Origin: a candidate division WOR-3 bacterium
GTDB lineage: Bacteria > SDB-A
Reading direction: 5' to 3'
DNA length: 53,937 nucleotides
Assembly (NCBI GenBank): GCA_016929715.1
Contig: JAFGIG010000114.1
Coordinates: forward strand, 1 to 53,937
In this document: positions 27,825-37,491 of the stretch, piece after piece
Layout of the letters: every line of letters begins with the position of its first letter
Position numbering within the stretch: position 1 is the stretch's first letter
Made by a program: the position numbers and the translations under genes
The notes under the pieces: model-generated
Seen by the model: the letters and a program-made list of their open reading frames with translations, nothing else
What the model was told of the DNA's origin: nothing
Databases searched by the model: none

Positions 27825-28715
27825 GTGAATAAACCCGGCCCTTATATCCCTTATGATCTTCTCAAGTCTTCATCTCTTAACGTCATCGCAAAAATAGTTG
27901 TCGAAGGCCTTTTCAGCGGTTTTCACAGAAGCGTTTACAAAGGTTTTTCAGTTGAATTTTCTCAGCACAGAAAATACTATCCCGGCGATGAAACCAAAAG
28001 GATAGACTGGAAGGCGACCAGCAGAAGAGACAAAATTGTCGTAAAGGAGTTCGAAGACAGGACGAATCTGCAGGCTTATGTAGTCCTCGATTCATCGGCT
28101 TCCATGGACTACGGAAGCCGGGATATAAAAAAATCATTTTATGCGAAAATTCTATGCGCTTCCCTCGTATATCTTCTCGCGAGGCAGAGAGACATGGTTG
28201 GATTTGTATCTTTCGGGGAAAACATAGAAAAAATTGTGCCTCCACGCGGAACATCTGTTCACGTGAGGAGAGTTGTAAGTTTGATAGAGAAAACTCAATT
28301 CAGCGGTCCAACCGATATAGAAAAAATACTCTACGACCTCGGCGAGAGAGTAAAAAAACGAAGCATGATAATAATAGTTTCTGACCTTCTCGGGGAAAGT
28401 CATGAATTCATAAAGCCTCTGAAGGGGTTGCGTTACAGAAAAAATGAAGTCGTGCTTTTTTGGGTGAGGGATCCCAGTGAAGTGAGATATGTTATTAAAA
28501 GCGATTCAACTCTATTCGATCCGGAAAATCAAAAGAGAACTTTCGCTGAATTTTCCGGTGCGAAAAGAGAATTCGACGGAAAGATGTCTTCTCTTGAGAA
28601 AAAGATATATGAAGAGTGCAGTTCTAACGGCATATATTTCATAGACGCCAGGACGGACATTGAGATTAGAAATATTATTCTGGAATTTGTTTTGAGCAGA
28701 AAGAAAATACTCTGA
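27825..28715 (+). CDS. DUF58 domain protein (vWA-like)
   Basis: GFSVEFSQHRKYYPGDETKRIDWKATSRRDKIVVKEFEDRTN...VVLDSSASMDYG is the classic DUF58 core. GTG start. Confidence 0.8.
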   Translation: MNKPGPYIPYDLLKSSSLNVIAKIVVEGLFSGFHRSVYKGFSVEFSQHRKYYPGDETKRIDWKATSRRDKIVVKEFEDRTNLQAYVVLDSSASMDYGSRDIKKSFYAKILCASLVYLLARQRDMVGFVSFGENIEKIVPPRGTSVHVRRVVSLIEKTQFSGPTDIEKILYDLGERVKKRSMIIIVSDLLGESHEFIKPLKGLRYRKNEVVLFWVRDPSEVRYVIKSDSTLFDPENQKRTFAEFSGAKREFDGKMSSLEKKIYEECSSNGIYFIDARTDIEIRNIILEFVLSRKKIL

Positions 28716-28766
28716 ACACAGGATTCTCCGAGCCTCATCTGCATTGGCATATGACCATAAACTAAA

Positions 28767-28795
28767 TTGATTATTTTGTGTTTTTATGTTAGATA
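28767..28795 (+). promoter_or_regulatory. Sigma70-like promoter candidate (TTGATT-N17-TAGATA)
   Basis: Hexamers at 28767-28772 and 28790-28795. The -10 abuts the ATG at 28796 and ends 6 nt before the second in-frame ATG at 28802. No Shine-Dalgarno is visible. Confidence 0.35.
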
Positions 28796-30139
28796 ATGAT
28801 TATGAACGGCAAGATAAGGATAATGCTTGCCGAAGACGATCCTCATATGATGAAAGTAATGGGGGACGTTTTCAGCGGTAAAAAATATGATATTGCCAGG
28901 GAAGAAAACGGATCTGAAACTCTTGCGAGACTGCTTGATGAAGATTTCCACATTGCAGTTCTCGACGATCAGATGCCCGGGGTAGGCGGTATAAATATAT
29001 GCAAAAGGCTGAGGGACGACCATAGAAAAAAAAGTATTCCCGTCATTCTTCTGACTGCGACGACGAACCCGGCCGAAAGGATTGAGGGATACCGCGCTGG
29101 AGCCGACGCTTGCCTGTCTAAACCTGTAAACAGCGAAGAATTGCTCGCAGTCGCCGAAAATCTTCTATATCAGAGATATGACGACGAATTTGTTCTGAAC
29201 AATGTTAAAGGGTTCGGAGGATCGGTCGCTAGTTTTCCGGTTGTGGACCTTCTCCAATTCATGGAAATGGGCGCCAAGACCGGATCTCTTGAGATAAAGA
29301 GCACGGAAAAAAATGCTGTAGTCTTTTTTGACAAGGGAGTCATAGTCCACTCAGAATCTGGCAGGCTTAGAGGCAGTAACGCGATATATCACATAATCAG
29401 CTGGCAGGACGGTATATTTGTCTATACCCCGGACAGGACTCCTCCGGAGGTCACTGTCAGGGAAAATCTCTCTCATCTGCTTCTGGAAGGTATTAGACTG
29501 ATGGATGAAGAAGCAAGAGACAACACCGCAGTAAAAGAACTCACGCAGGCACTTTTGCAAGTAGAGACATCGGCCGAATCAAAAGTCCTGAAAAAAATGG
29601 AAGACCTGTCGAAAAAAATAGCTCTCGGAGAAAAGAGAATTTTCGAGATACTCGTTATAGATATCTGGAAGGACAATAGAAAAGAAATGCTCGACTTTTT
29701 CATATCGAGCATACTCAAATACATAGGCAGAGAAATTCGCGTCTCAAAGAAAGACAGTGCAATATCGAGTTTTGCAAAACTCGACGTGATGAAGGATTTT
29801 TCAATAGACATAGTGGTCAGCAGCGGGAAGAGAAAATTCAATCTGCTCTGGCAGGTTTTTCTCGAACAGGCTAATGCCCTCGTGGTATTCGTGGATCCAA
29901 CGAACGAGGAGGCGAGAAACGACGGAATTGAGATAGCGAGGAGATTCAACAGCTACAGGGCGCAGATACCCTGCGCGGTGGTTTCACCGGTAGGACAGAA
30001 AGCCGCGGGTCTTCCTTTCGAAAACCCAAAATGGTTTGCAGTTCCGGAATACAACCTGATTGACCTCGAAGAGATTTTTCAGTTTATATTCGACTTCACA
30101 CAGGAGCATTTCCTCGACGAGATAGAAATGAGAAGATGA
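28796..30139 (+). CDS. Response regulator: receiver + PATAN (DUF4388) + C-terminal degenerate Ras-like domain
   Basis: REC: MLAEDD, VLDDQMPGVGG, LLTATT, CLSKP. DUF4388: FPVVDLLQFMEMGAKTGSLEI...VVFFDKGVIVHS...AIYHIISWQDGIFVY. The C-terminal ~170 aa show a small-GTPase-like strand/helix pattern but no P-loop. The start may be 28802. Confidence 0.7.
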   Translation: MIMNGKIRIMLAEDDPHMMKVMGDVFSGKKYDIAREENGSETLARLLDEDFHIAVLDDQMPGVGGINICKRLRDDHRKKSIPVILLTATTNPAERIEGYRAGADACLSKPVNSEELLAVAENLLYQRYDDEFVLNNVKGFGGSVASFPVVDLLQFMEMGAKTGSLEIKSTEKNAVVFFDKGVIVHSESGRLRGSNAIYHIISWQDGIFVYTPDRTPPEVTVRENLSHLLLEGIRLMDEEARDNTAVKELTQALLQVETSAESKVLKKMEDLSKKIALGEKRIFEILVIDIWKDNRKEMLDFFISSILKYIGREIRVSKKDSAISSFAKLDVMKDFSIDIVVSSGKRKFNLLWQVFLEQANALVVFVDPTNEEARNDGIEIARRFNSYRAQIPCAVVSPVGQKAAGLPFENPKWFAVPEYNLIDLEEIFQFIFDFTQEHFLDEIEMRR

Positions 30140-31098
30140 AAAAAATCTTCATACTCGCCACCGGCGGGACAATTCAGATGAAAAAAGATCCCGGCAGAGG
30201 CTTGATACCTGCTTTTTTGGGAGAGGAGTTGATGAGGGGTCTGGCTTTCCCTGATGAGGAATTTATATTGGAATTCGACGAGTTTTCGAATGTTCCCAGC
30301 CCGTGGATAAAACCTGAAGACATGATGAAGATTTCAGAAAGGATAAATTCTCTAACGCTCGAATGCGACGGGATAATAATCACTCACGGCACAGATACTC
30401 TCGAAGAAACAGCTTATTTTCTCTCTCTTACTTATTCAGGCGATAAACCGGTCGTCATGACCGCCGCTATGCGGGCTCCTCCGGATCTCGGTATAGACGG
30501 ACCCAGAAACATCTATGATTCAATAAAAGTCGCGCTCGAAAACGCATCCCGTTCACGGGGGGTCATGGTGGTGATTAACAACAGTATTTTTTCACCCAGG
30601 GATGTAGCTAAAATATCAACATCAAATTTAGCCGCTTTTACTTCGCCTGAATACGGTTTATTGGGGACAATAGACGAAAAAGTGATATACTTTTCCAAAA
30701 CGGTAGAGAGGGAGAGCATTAAGGCTTCTTCTTTGGCTTTGCCCATTGACCTTATACAGGCGTATTCGGGAGCCGATTCAAGGTTGATAAGATATTCAGT
30801 GAATTCCGGAGCTCAAGGCATCGTCCTGGAGTCTCTCGGCAGGGGTAACGTCCCCCCCGGAATGCTCGAAGGAATAAAATACGCCTTGGATAAAGGACTT
30901 CCTGTTGTGGTGTCAACGAAAGTTCAAAACGGCAGAGTCGCGCCGACATACGGATACGAGGGCGGAGGCAGGAATTTGGCAGACCTCGGCTGTTATTTTG
31001 CGGGTAATCTCAGGGCGAATAAAGCGAGAATAAGACTTATGCTCGCTCTCGGGACAAAAGAAAAAGAAATTAGGAGGTATTTTGAAAAATTTATTTAA
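30136..31098 (+). CDS. L-asparaginase
   Basis: ILATGGTIQM (catalytic Thr motif) and ITHGTDTLEETA, over 320 aa. ATGA overlap with the upstream gene. Confidence 0.85.
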   Translation: MKKIFILATGGTIQMKKDPGRGLIPAFLGEELMRGLAFPDEEFILEFDEFSNVPSPWIKPEDMMKISERINSLTLECDGIIITHGTDTLEETAYFLSLTYSGDKPVVMTAAMRAPPDLGIDGPRNIYDSIKVALENASRSRGVMVVINNSIFSPRDVAKISTSNLAAFTSPEYGLLGTIDEKVIYFSKTVERESIKASSLALPIDLIQAYSGADSRLIRYSVNSGAQGIVLESLGRGNVPPGMLEGIKYALDKGLPVVVSTKVQNGRVAPTYGYEGGGRNLADLGCYFAGNLRANKARIRLMLALGTKEKEIRRYFEKFI

Positions 31099-32014
31099 GA
31101 TAACCCTCGCGTTAACATTTTCCGCGTTGTTCGCCACAGGAGTACTGAACTCTCTGACCCACACTGTCAAACTCGGTGAAACGCTCACCTCTATTTCAAG
31201 AATGTATAGCATTTCGGTCTCTGAAATTAAATCCGCCAACAATCTCTCGTCTGATATGATAGTCGAGGGGCAGAGACTCACGATTCCTTCGCAATCTTCA
31301 GGAAGTCAAAATCTTTACGTAGTCAAAAGCGGCGAGACCCTGTCTGGGCTCGCGTCGAGGTTTCAGACAACAGTCAGGGCTATTAAAAACGCGAACAATC
31401 TTTCCACGGATTTTATCAGAGAAGGCCAGCGTCTTGTGATCCCCGGAAGATATCCTCCCCCTCAGCAGACGACTACACAGCAAAGACCTCCTGTGAATGT
31501 AAACATTGTTATTCCCAACGAAGAGAAAAAAGCGGGGACTGCCATTATCGAATTTTCCGTGGTTTTCCCGGACCCTTCTGTCAGCATAAGACACTCTGCC
31601 GCAGCAGAAGTGGTCATTCAAGAAAAACCTATCCTGGCTACCGAGAAAACAGAGCTGATAAAATCCATACTGAACAGCGCTATTTCATATCTGGGTTCTC
31701 CTTATGTTTACGGGGCTACAGGCAACGGAGGTTTCGACTGCAGCGGTCTGGTGTTCAGGGTTTTCGCTGAAAACGGTTTGGATCTCCCCAGAACAGTGAC
31801 TGACATGGAGAAAATCGGCATTGAAGTCCCAAAAGAATCTCTGGCGCCCGGAGATCTTCTGATATTCAACGATCCAAAACACGTAGGGATTTATCTCGGG
31901 TCCGGAAGATTCATTCACTCCTCTTCATACAGAAACAGGGGAGTGATAATCAGCTCTCTCGACAGAGAAAGTTATTCTACCCGCTATGTTACGGCAAGAA
32001 GGGTCGTTTACTGA
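31082..32014 (+). CDS. LysM(x2)-NlpC/P60 peptidoglycan endopeptidase
   Basis: Two LysM repeats (HTVKLGETLTSISRMY..., YVVKSGETLSGLASRF...). C-terminal NlpC/P60 with GFDCSGLV and HVGIYLG..FIHSS. TTG start. Confidence 0.85.
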   Translation: MKNLFKITLALTFSALFATGVLNSLTHTVKLGETLTSISRMYSISVSEIKSANNLSSDMIVEGQRLTIPSQSSGSQNLYVVKSGETLSGLASRFQTTVRAIKNANNLSTDFIREGQRLVIPGRYPPPQQTTTQQRPPVNVNIVIPNEEKKAGTAIIEFSVVFPDPSVSIRHSAAAEVVIQEKPILATEKTELIKSILNSAISYLGSPYVYGATGNGGFDCSGLVFRVFAENGLDLPRTVTDMEKIGIEVPKESLAPGDLLIFNDPKHVGIYLGSGRFIHSSSYRNRGVIISSLDRESYSTRYVTARRVVY

Positions 32015-32030
32015 ACATTCGCGTTATTTG

Positions 32031-32059
32031 TTGATTTATTTAATTACTGGGACTATCAT
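32031..32059 (+). promoter_or_regulatory. Sigma70-like promoter candidate (TTGATT-N17-TATCAT)
   Basis: Hexamers at 32031-32036 and 32054-32059, about 45 nt upstream of the ATG at 32104, which has a GGAGGA Shine-Dalgarno. Confidence 0.45.
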
Positions 32060-32103
32060 ATAAAGGGAAAACAAAAAATATGATGTAAGTTACGGAGGAA
32101 GCA

Positions 32104-33030
32104 ATGAAAAAAACAGGGTTGTTCGTTCTTATAGTCTTTTCTTCAGTAGCCGTCAATGCTTCACCGTTTCTGCAAGGGAATATGGTTGATATTCCCAATG
32201 CCTACATAATGCCTCATTCCAGCATTCAGTTTTCGACGGTTTTTACGGTTTACAGTCAGGACTTTGCATCGGCGGGAGCCAGTTACGAGACTTTTTCGCA
32301 ATACATTTTCGGAGCCAATCTCACTTTGGGGTTATATGACTGGTTCGATATCGGCGGAGGTTATCTCGGAACAGATGTCTGGACCGGATACGTAAAAATG
32401 AGATTGTTAAGGGAAAGCGAGAAATATCCTGCGGTCGCCATAGGAGTTCAGAACATATCTTCGCACAGGAAAATGTCGGAGTTCGGCAGGCATTCCCTCG
32501 ACTATTACGGTTACAACCAGAATTTTGCCTATTTCGGTGTTTTCTCAAAAGACATTTCGTATTATTTCAGGAATATTCCTGTGATAGTCACATTAGGTTT
32601 GGGTGGCGGAAGATTTCAGGGAGAGAGGGAAAGGTCGGAACCATGGAAAGGTATTTTTTTGGGAATGGAGTTCAGGCCGATTAAAAATTTGCGTTTCGTC
32701 ACTGATATCGACGGCAGGGATTGGAACTTCGGAACCGTTTACAGGGCTAACGACAATCTTGAGCTTGTTTTGGCATGGATCGAAATAGAGCAAACTTTCG
32801 GAGTCCGTTACAGTTCGAGGAATGTCCCGACGGAACAGCAGAAACTTGTCATGGGAGCTCAGTTCAGTTTCGGTCCGTTTTTCGGAAGCAAAGCTCTTTC
32901 AGTCCGCCGACAGAGAGAACTCGAGATAATGAGCAATTATCAGAGAGAACTCGAAGAGATAAGGAGAAAAAGAGAAGAAGCCGAGAGAGAACTCGAAAGA
33001 CTGCGCAGAATTCTCGAAGAAAGTCAGTAG
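32104..33030 (+). CDS. Signal-peptide beta-rich envelope protein with charged C-terminal coiled coil
   Basis: Signal peptide (VAVNA/SP). Alternating aromatic/Gly beta-strand-like pattern suggests an outer-membrane beta-barrel or YjbH-like fold. The last ~45 aa are RRQRELE...RELEEIRRKREEAERELERLRRILEE. Confidence 0.5.
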   Translation: MKKTGLFVLIVFSSVAVNASPFLQGNMVDIPNAYIMPHSSIQFSTVFTVYSQDFASAGASYETFSQYIFGANLTLGLYDWFDIGGGYLGTDVWTGYVKMRLLRESEKYPAVAIGVQNISSHRKMSEFGRHSLDYYGYNQNFAYFGVFSKDISYYFRNIPVIVTLGLGGGRFQGERERSEPWKGIFLGMEFRPIKNLRFVTDIDGRDWNFGTVYRANDNLELVLAWIEIEQTFGVRYSSRNVPTEQQKLVMGAQFSFGPFFGSKALSVRRQRELEIMSNYQRELEEIRRKREEAERELERLRRILEESQ

Positions 33031-33041
33031 AGAAGAAGAAT

Positions 33042-34586
33042 ATGTTTTGGCTGATTTTAGCTTTAATCGCTCAAGCAGAGGATCCCACGGAAACTCTTTC
33101 GACAGACAGGATTTACGAAGTGACAGACTCTGTCAAAGAAGATATTATCTATGAGAGGCATATTCTTACAGATCTCTACGCCGAAATTGAGCAACTGAGA
33201 CTTGCCGTGGAGATACCTCCGCCGATAAGCTCTGCCGATTCTTTATACCTCAGAGGAGCGCTTGGGTGGGCTAAGGTTACATACCAAAACATCATAGACC
33301 ATCCAATGTCTCCCGACAGCATTAAGCAGAGGGCTTTTTATATGTATTGTGTAATATCGTATCAGCAGTCAAACTACAAAGAGAGCGTAGATAAATCCCA
33401 CGAGTTTCTGAGAATATACCCGGGCAGTGCTTTTTCGGACAATATCTATATGATATTGTCTCTCTGCCACTTTTCCATGGCTGATTTCATAAAATCGAGA
33501 GAATACTGTTCCAGAATATCTTCATCTTCACCCCAGTTTCCTTTCGCGTTGTATATAAGCGCCATTTCCTATTTTCAGGAGAATAAAAACACCGAAGGAA
33601 TAGGAATGGCTAAGGAAAAACTTAACGAAATGGCTTTCGGCATCTATTCGGGATACTTAAATGACGAATGGAAGTCACGGGCTCTGATGAGCCTGGCTCA
33701 ACTGCATTATGAACTCGGAGAACTGCAGACTTCATATGAATATTACGAACTCGCCAAAGATAAAGGCGCGGACAGAAACGCCGCGGATTTCGGAATAGCA
33801 TGGATTTATATAAAAGTAGGACTTCTCGACGAAGCGCTCGAAATTATTGAAAACCTCGAAAGACGCGATGACATTGAAAAAATCTACACTGATGTTCAGC
33901 TCGCCAAAGCGGCGATTTTGATTCAGAAGGAGTCCTTCGAAAAAACATTTGACATATATTCCGGAATTCTCAAAAGATACTCGGTGAATTACAGTTACGA
34001 AAACGTAATAGACGCGGCTCTAGAAAACGCCCTTTCCTCTTCCGTCGTAGAAGACGTCAGTGCGACGAGAAACCTGATGGCGAGTCTTGACAATCTCATT
34101 GCGGTATCGAGACTGAGAGGCAGAAATGATGTCGCCGACAGTCTGGAAAAGATAAAATCCAATCTCAGATATCAGCAGGAAGTGCTCAGTTCAATTGGGT
34201 TCCAGATAAAACAGTCCGACAGAGCGGACCTTGAGGTTTTGAAACAGAATATCACTCTCATGATTCAGGAAGAAAGGGCGAGGACGGACCTTCTCCTTAT
34301 GGACATAAACTATCTTGAAAAAAAACTCCCTGCGCAGTATTTGGGAGCGCTCGACAGCATTAAGTTTAAACTGACAGGAATTTCTCTCATGCTCGCCGAC
34401 ATTGAAAACCAGATAGGCGCCAGGGGAATAACCGAGGCGACGAATTGGCTTATTCAAGCCCAATACGGTGCGGGAGTCACTTTTTTCATGATGTATAAAG
34501 ATGTCGAATCACAGATTTCTGAAATTAAATCGAGGATACAGAGGATTAGATATGAAATGGAAGAAATTCAGGAACCGGAAAGATAA
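33042..34586 (+). CDS. TPR-repeat protein (514 aa)
   Basis: I chose the ATG at 33042 (MFWLILALIAQA...); the 32775 start overlaps the previous gene in another frame. Repeated A/Y/L helical-hairpin pattern, with a coiled-coil-like C-terminus. Confidence 0.65.
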   Translation: MFWLILALIAQAEDPTETLSTDRIYEVTDSVKEDIIYERHILTDLYAEIEQLRLAVEIPPPISSADSLYLRGALGWAKVTYQNIIDHPMSPDSIKQRAFYMYCVISYQQSNYKESVDKSHEFLRIYPGSAFSDNIYMILSLCHFSMADFIKSREYCSRISSSSPQFPFALYISAISYFQENKNTEGIGMAKEKLNEMAFGIYSGYLNDEWKSRALMSLAQLHYELGELQTSYEYYELAKDKGADRNAADFGIAWIYIKVGLLDEALEIIENLERRDDIEKIYTDVQLAKAAILIQKESFEKTFDIYSGILKRYSVNYSYENVIDAALENALSSSVVEDVSATRNLMASLDNLIAVSRLRGRNDVADSLEKIKSNLRYQQEVLSSIGFQIKQSDRADLEVLKQNITLMIQEERARTDLLLMDINYLEKKLPAQYLGALDSIKFKLTGISLMLADIENQIGARGITEATNWLIQAQYGAGVTFFMMYKDVESQISEIKSRIQRIRYEMEEIQEPER

Positions 34587-37458
34587 AACCGGCCGCAAGT
34601 TTTGTTTTTTGCTGTGTGCTTCAGCGGTTTTCTTTGCCGTCTTTTCGTGCGGACCGGGAAGGCTGGACCCTGATCAGGAGCTTCTTCGTCTGGAAAGCGA
34701 AAAGAGAAACCTCGAGCTTCTTCAGGATGAATACATGGAAGCCACCGCGCTTTATCTTGAAAACCTGCTTATGTTTTATCCCAACAACCCGTTCGGAGCT
34801 GACGCAGCTCTGAGGCTTTCCGAGATTTACAGAATCAGAGCAAAAAGCGAATATGAAAACCAGCTCGACGCCTGGATGGCAGGAGGATTTTCAGGGCTTG
34901 AACCTTTCCCGGACTACAAAAAGGCAAAGGATACATATATACAGGTAATATCAAAATACGAAGGGGTTGACACTGTATCGGCTATTGAGGCGTATTACGC
35001 CCTTGCCTCGATACTCGAAGAAGAAGGCGATGTAGATTCGGCGAGTATAATGTATAGGAAACTTGTCGAAAGGTATCCGGGAAGCTTAAGGGTTCCCGCC
35101 GCCTGTTTCAGGCTTGGTTTGTATTACTTCAATTTCAGACACGAAGGACTCGGCAAAGTGGATTTGGCTCTTAATTATTTTGACAGAGTCATGGATTATC
35201 CTAACGACCCCAACTACGACAAAGCAGTATATATGATAGGATGGCTCAACAGAGTAGCGGGACCTGATTCGATACCGGCTTCCATCACGCATTTTCTGTT
35301 CCTTCTGGAGATGTCCGCTGAAGAAGGCAGAACGGAGCTTGCCGACGAAGCGGTCATGTATCTCGGGTTCGATTTTTCAGAGTTGCCCAACGGAACCCTC
35401 AGGCTCCGGAGGGTCTTGACAGCGCTTTCCGAGATGCCAAAAGGAGACGAAGTGGTCCTCAAGCTCGCCGAAACATTCAAAGAGAAAGTAGATTATCCGA
35501 AAGCAATTGACGCATACAATACATATCTCCAGATGTATCCTTCTAGCCCGAAAGCGCCTTTTGTCCTGCGAGACCTCGCATCGCTCTATGCTGAAGTGGG
35601 CGACATGACCCTCGCCGACGCAACCATGGACAGGCTCGTTGACAATTACGGCAGGGACTGGCAGATGACTCTTGCCGCCGGAGAGGATTCTGCGGAGATT
35701 TCGTCAACCGACTCTCTAATAAGGGAAGCCATGCTCTACACTGCGGGTATTCACCACAGAAAAGCCCTGCAGGAAGGCACTTACGAAGAATGGGCAACAG
35801 CCGCGGAGAGATATAGAAATTTTATCCAACAGTATCCGGAAGACCCCGAAGTTTACGGCTTGCGGTTCGCGCTTGCGGAAGCTCAGTATGAAATGGGCAA
35901 ATTTCTCGACGCGGCTAATAACTATACCGCCGTTTCGATGGATAATTCCTATGATTCTCTGTCCCTTCCTGCGGCTTATGAAGCAGTCACTTCTTTCAAT
36001 CAGTGGTATTCAGCCGACAGCACTTCTGGAGAACGCCAGGACAGTATGGTTCTCGCGGCTGAAAGATACATGGATATCTGGAACAAAAGACCCGGCACCG
36101 ATGTATCCGATCCGGTTAACATATCCATGTCCATCGGAAAAATACTCTATGAAGGCGAAAGATACGAAGAGTCGAAAAACTGGTATATGAAGGTTGTTGA
36201 CAATTTCCCTTCATCGAGTGCTGCCGCTTCGGCTTCAGCCATGATCGCCCAGAGCTATTATAATCTCGGAGATATGTCTTCTTCTGAAACCTGGTTTTTG
36301 AGAGCCTCGGCCCAATCTAACGATACGACTCTGGCAAGGCAAGCAGCTGTCATAGCCTTTCAGTCGGCATCAAATATTTCTGAGACTGACACTATGAAGG
36401 CTTTGACTTTTCTTGAAGTCCATAAAAAATATTCCGAACGCGAAGAGGGCAAAAAATCTTTATTCAACGCCGGCGTGATATTTTTCAACGCAGGTTACGA
36501 AGAGAGGGCCAAAGAAGTTTTCAGATCCTATATCCGAAACTACGATTACCAGGACGACAGCCTTCTGTATTCGGCTTACATGAATCTCGCGAACATTGCC
36601 ATATCCAGAGCTGAAAGAGCCGACAGCTCCGGGACCGGTAGCGCCGGACTTTGGAATGAGGCGGCAAGCGCCCTCGAATCGTTTACGGCGAGATACCCAA
36701 CGTCTCAGGGAACGAAAGAAGCTGTGTTTTGGACGGGAAAAGCATTTTTAGGCGCGAGAAATTTCAACGGAGCCCTGAACTCATTCAAACGAGTCGCTGA
36801 AGGGACGTCTTTTTCTGAGGAGATTCACTATCAGGCGCTTCACAGACTTGCCCTGTCCTACGACAGCCTCGGGTTGATATCCGATGCAGACAATACAAGA
36901 AGGAAAATCCTGAATGATTATTTGGAAGGCGGAAGAGCCGCGGGGATACTTCCTTACGAATTCGAAATGGACATGGTGAGAACTGTAGAGATTGATTTTG
37001 AGAGAATAAAAGGGACGGATCTGCTCTGGCCGATAGACAGAACTTACCCTCCTTATGATATGGAAATGAAATCAGTGGCGGAAAATCTGACAAGAATCGC
37101 AGGTCTGAAAGCGGGTGTTTCGACAATTGCGTCACTCTACCTTCTCGGCCAGTGCAACGAAGATTATGCGAGAGCTTTCAGAGAGGCTGAATACGATCCT
37201 CTTTGGACGGAAGAAGAGCAGATATTTTTTCAAGAACAGCTCGAGGAGCAGGCTCTGCCTTTTGAGGATGCTGCCGTTCAGTTTTATCTTGCTTCCAAGC
37301 AGACTGCCGAAAGCAATGCCCTGATTGATAACAGATGGTATAGGGATGTCTTGAAAGCCTTAGATAACCTCAAACGATTTAGGCCGGATTTATTTCCCGA
37401 TTCGGAGATTTATGATAATATCGATGAAAATGAGCAAGAAACCAGTCCACCGCAGTAA
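34552..37458 (+). CDS. Large TPR-repeat lipoprotein (969 aa)
   Basis: MKWKKFRNRKDK...FFAVFSCGPG is a signal peptide with lipobox. GAGGA Shine-Dalgarno precedes the ATG at 34552. Many TPR-like units (e.g. AIEAYYALASILEEEGDVDSASIMYRKLVERYPGS). Confidence 0.7.
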   Translation: MKWKKFRNRKDKTGRKFCFLLCASAVFFAVFSCGPGRLDPDQELLRLESEKRNLELLQDEYMEATALYLENLLMFYPNNPFGADAALRLSEIYRIRAKSEYENQLDAWMAGGFSGLEPFPDYKKAKDTYIQVISKYEGVDTVSAIEAYYALASILEEEGDVDSASIMYRKLVERYPGSLRVPAACFRLGLYYFNFRHEGLGKVDLALNYFDRVMDYPNDPNYDKAVYMIGWLNRVAGPDSIPASITHFLFLLEMSAEEGRTELADEAVMYLGFDFSELPNGTLRLRRVLTALSEMPKGDEVVLKLAETFKEKVDYPKAIDAYNTYLQMYPSSPKAPFVLRDLASLYAEVGDMTLADATMDRLVDNYGRDWQMTLAAGEDSAEISSTDSLIREAMLYTAGIHHRKALQEGTYEEWATAAERYRNFIQQYPEDPEVYGLRFALAEAQYEMGKFLDAANNYTAVSMDNSYDSLSLPAAYEAVTSFNQWYSADSTSGERQDSMVLAAERYMDIWNKRPGTDVSDPVNISMSIGKILYEGERYEESKNWYMKVVDNFPSSSAAASASAMIAQSYYNLGDMSSSETWFLRASAQSNDTTLARQAAVIAFQSASNISETDTMKALTFLEVHKKYSEREEGKKSLFNAGVIFFNAGYEERAKEVFRSYIRNYDYQDDSLLYSAYMNLANIAISRAERADSSGTGSAGLWNEAASALESFTARYPTSQGTKEAVFWTGKAFLGARNFNGALNSFKRVAEGTSFSEEIHYQALHRLALSYDSLGLISDADNTRRKILNDYLEGGRAAGILPYEFEMDMVRTVEIDFERIKGTDLLWPIDRTYPPYDMEMKSVAENLTRIAGLKAGVSTIASLYLLGQCNEDYARAFREAEYDPLWTEEEQIFFQEQLEEQALPFEDAAVQFYLASKQTAESNALIDNRWYRDVLKALDNLKRFRPDLFPDSEIYDNIDENEQETSPPQ

Positions 37459-37491
37459 CAGCGGCGAAACTGATTTAACAGGCGGGTCTGT

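Noticed and set aside
29473-29949. 158-aa reverse-strand ORF inside the REC-PATAN gene, and the similar antisense ORFs 40261-40785, 45215-45721, 45567-46115 and 30913-31281.
   Set aside because: Each is antisense to a gene with recognisable domains or strong coding features. None has recognisable motifs or a Shine-Dalgarno.
32775-33041. 89-codon N-terminal extension of the TPR protein ORF (Arg/Ser/Glu-rich).
   Set aside because: It overlaps the 3' third of the 32104-33030 gene in another frame and is low-complexity. The ATG at 33042 directly precedes a hydrophobic N-terminus.
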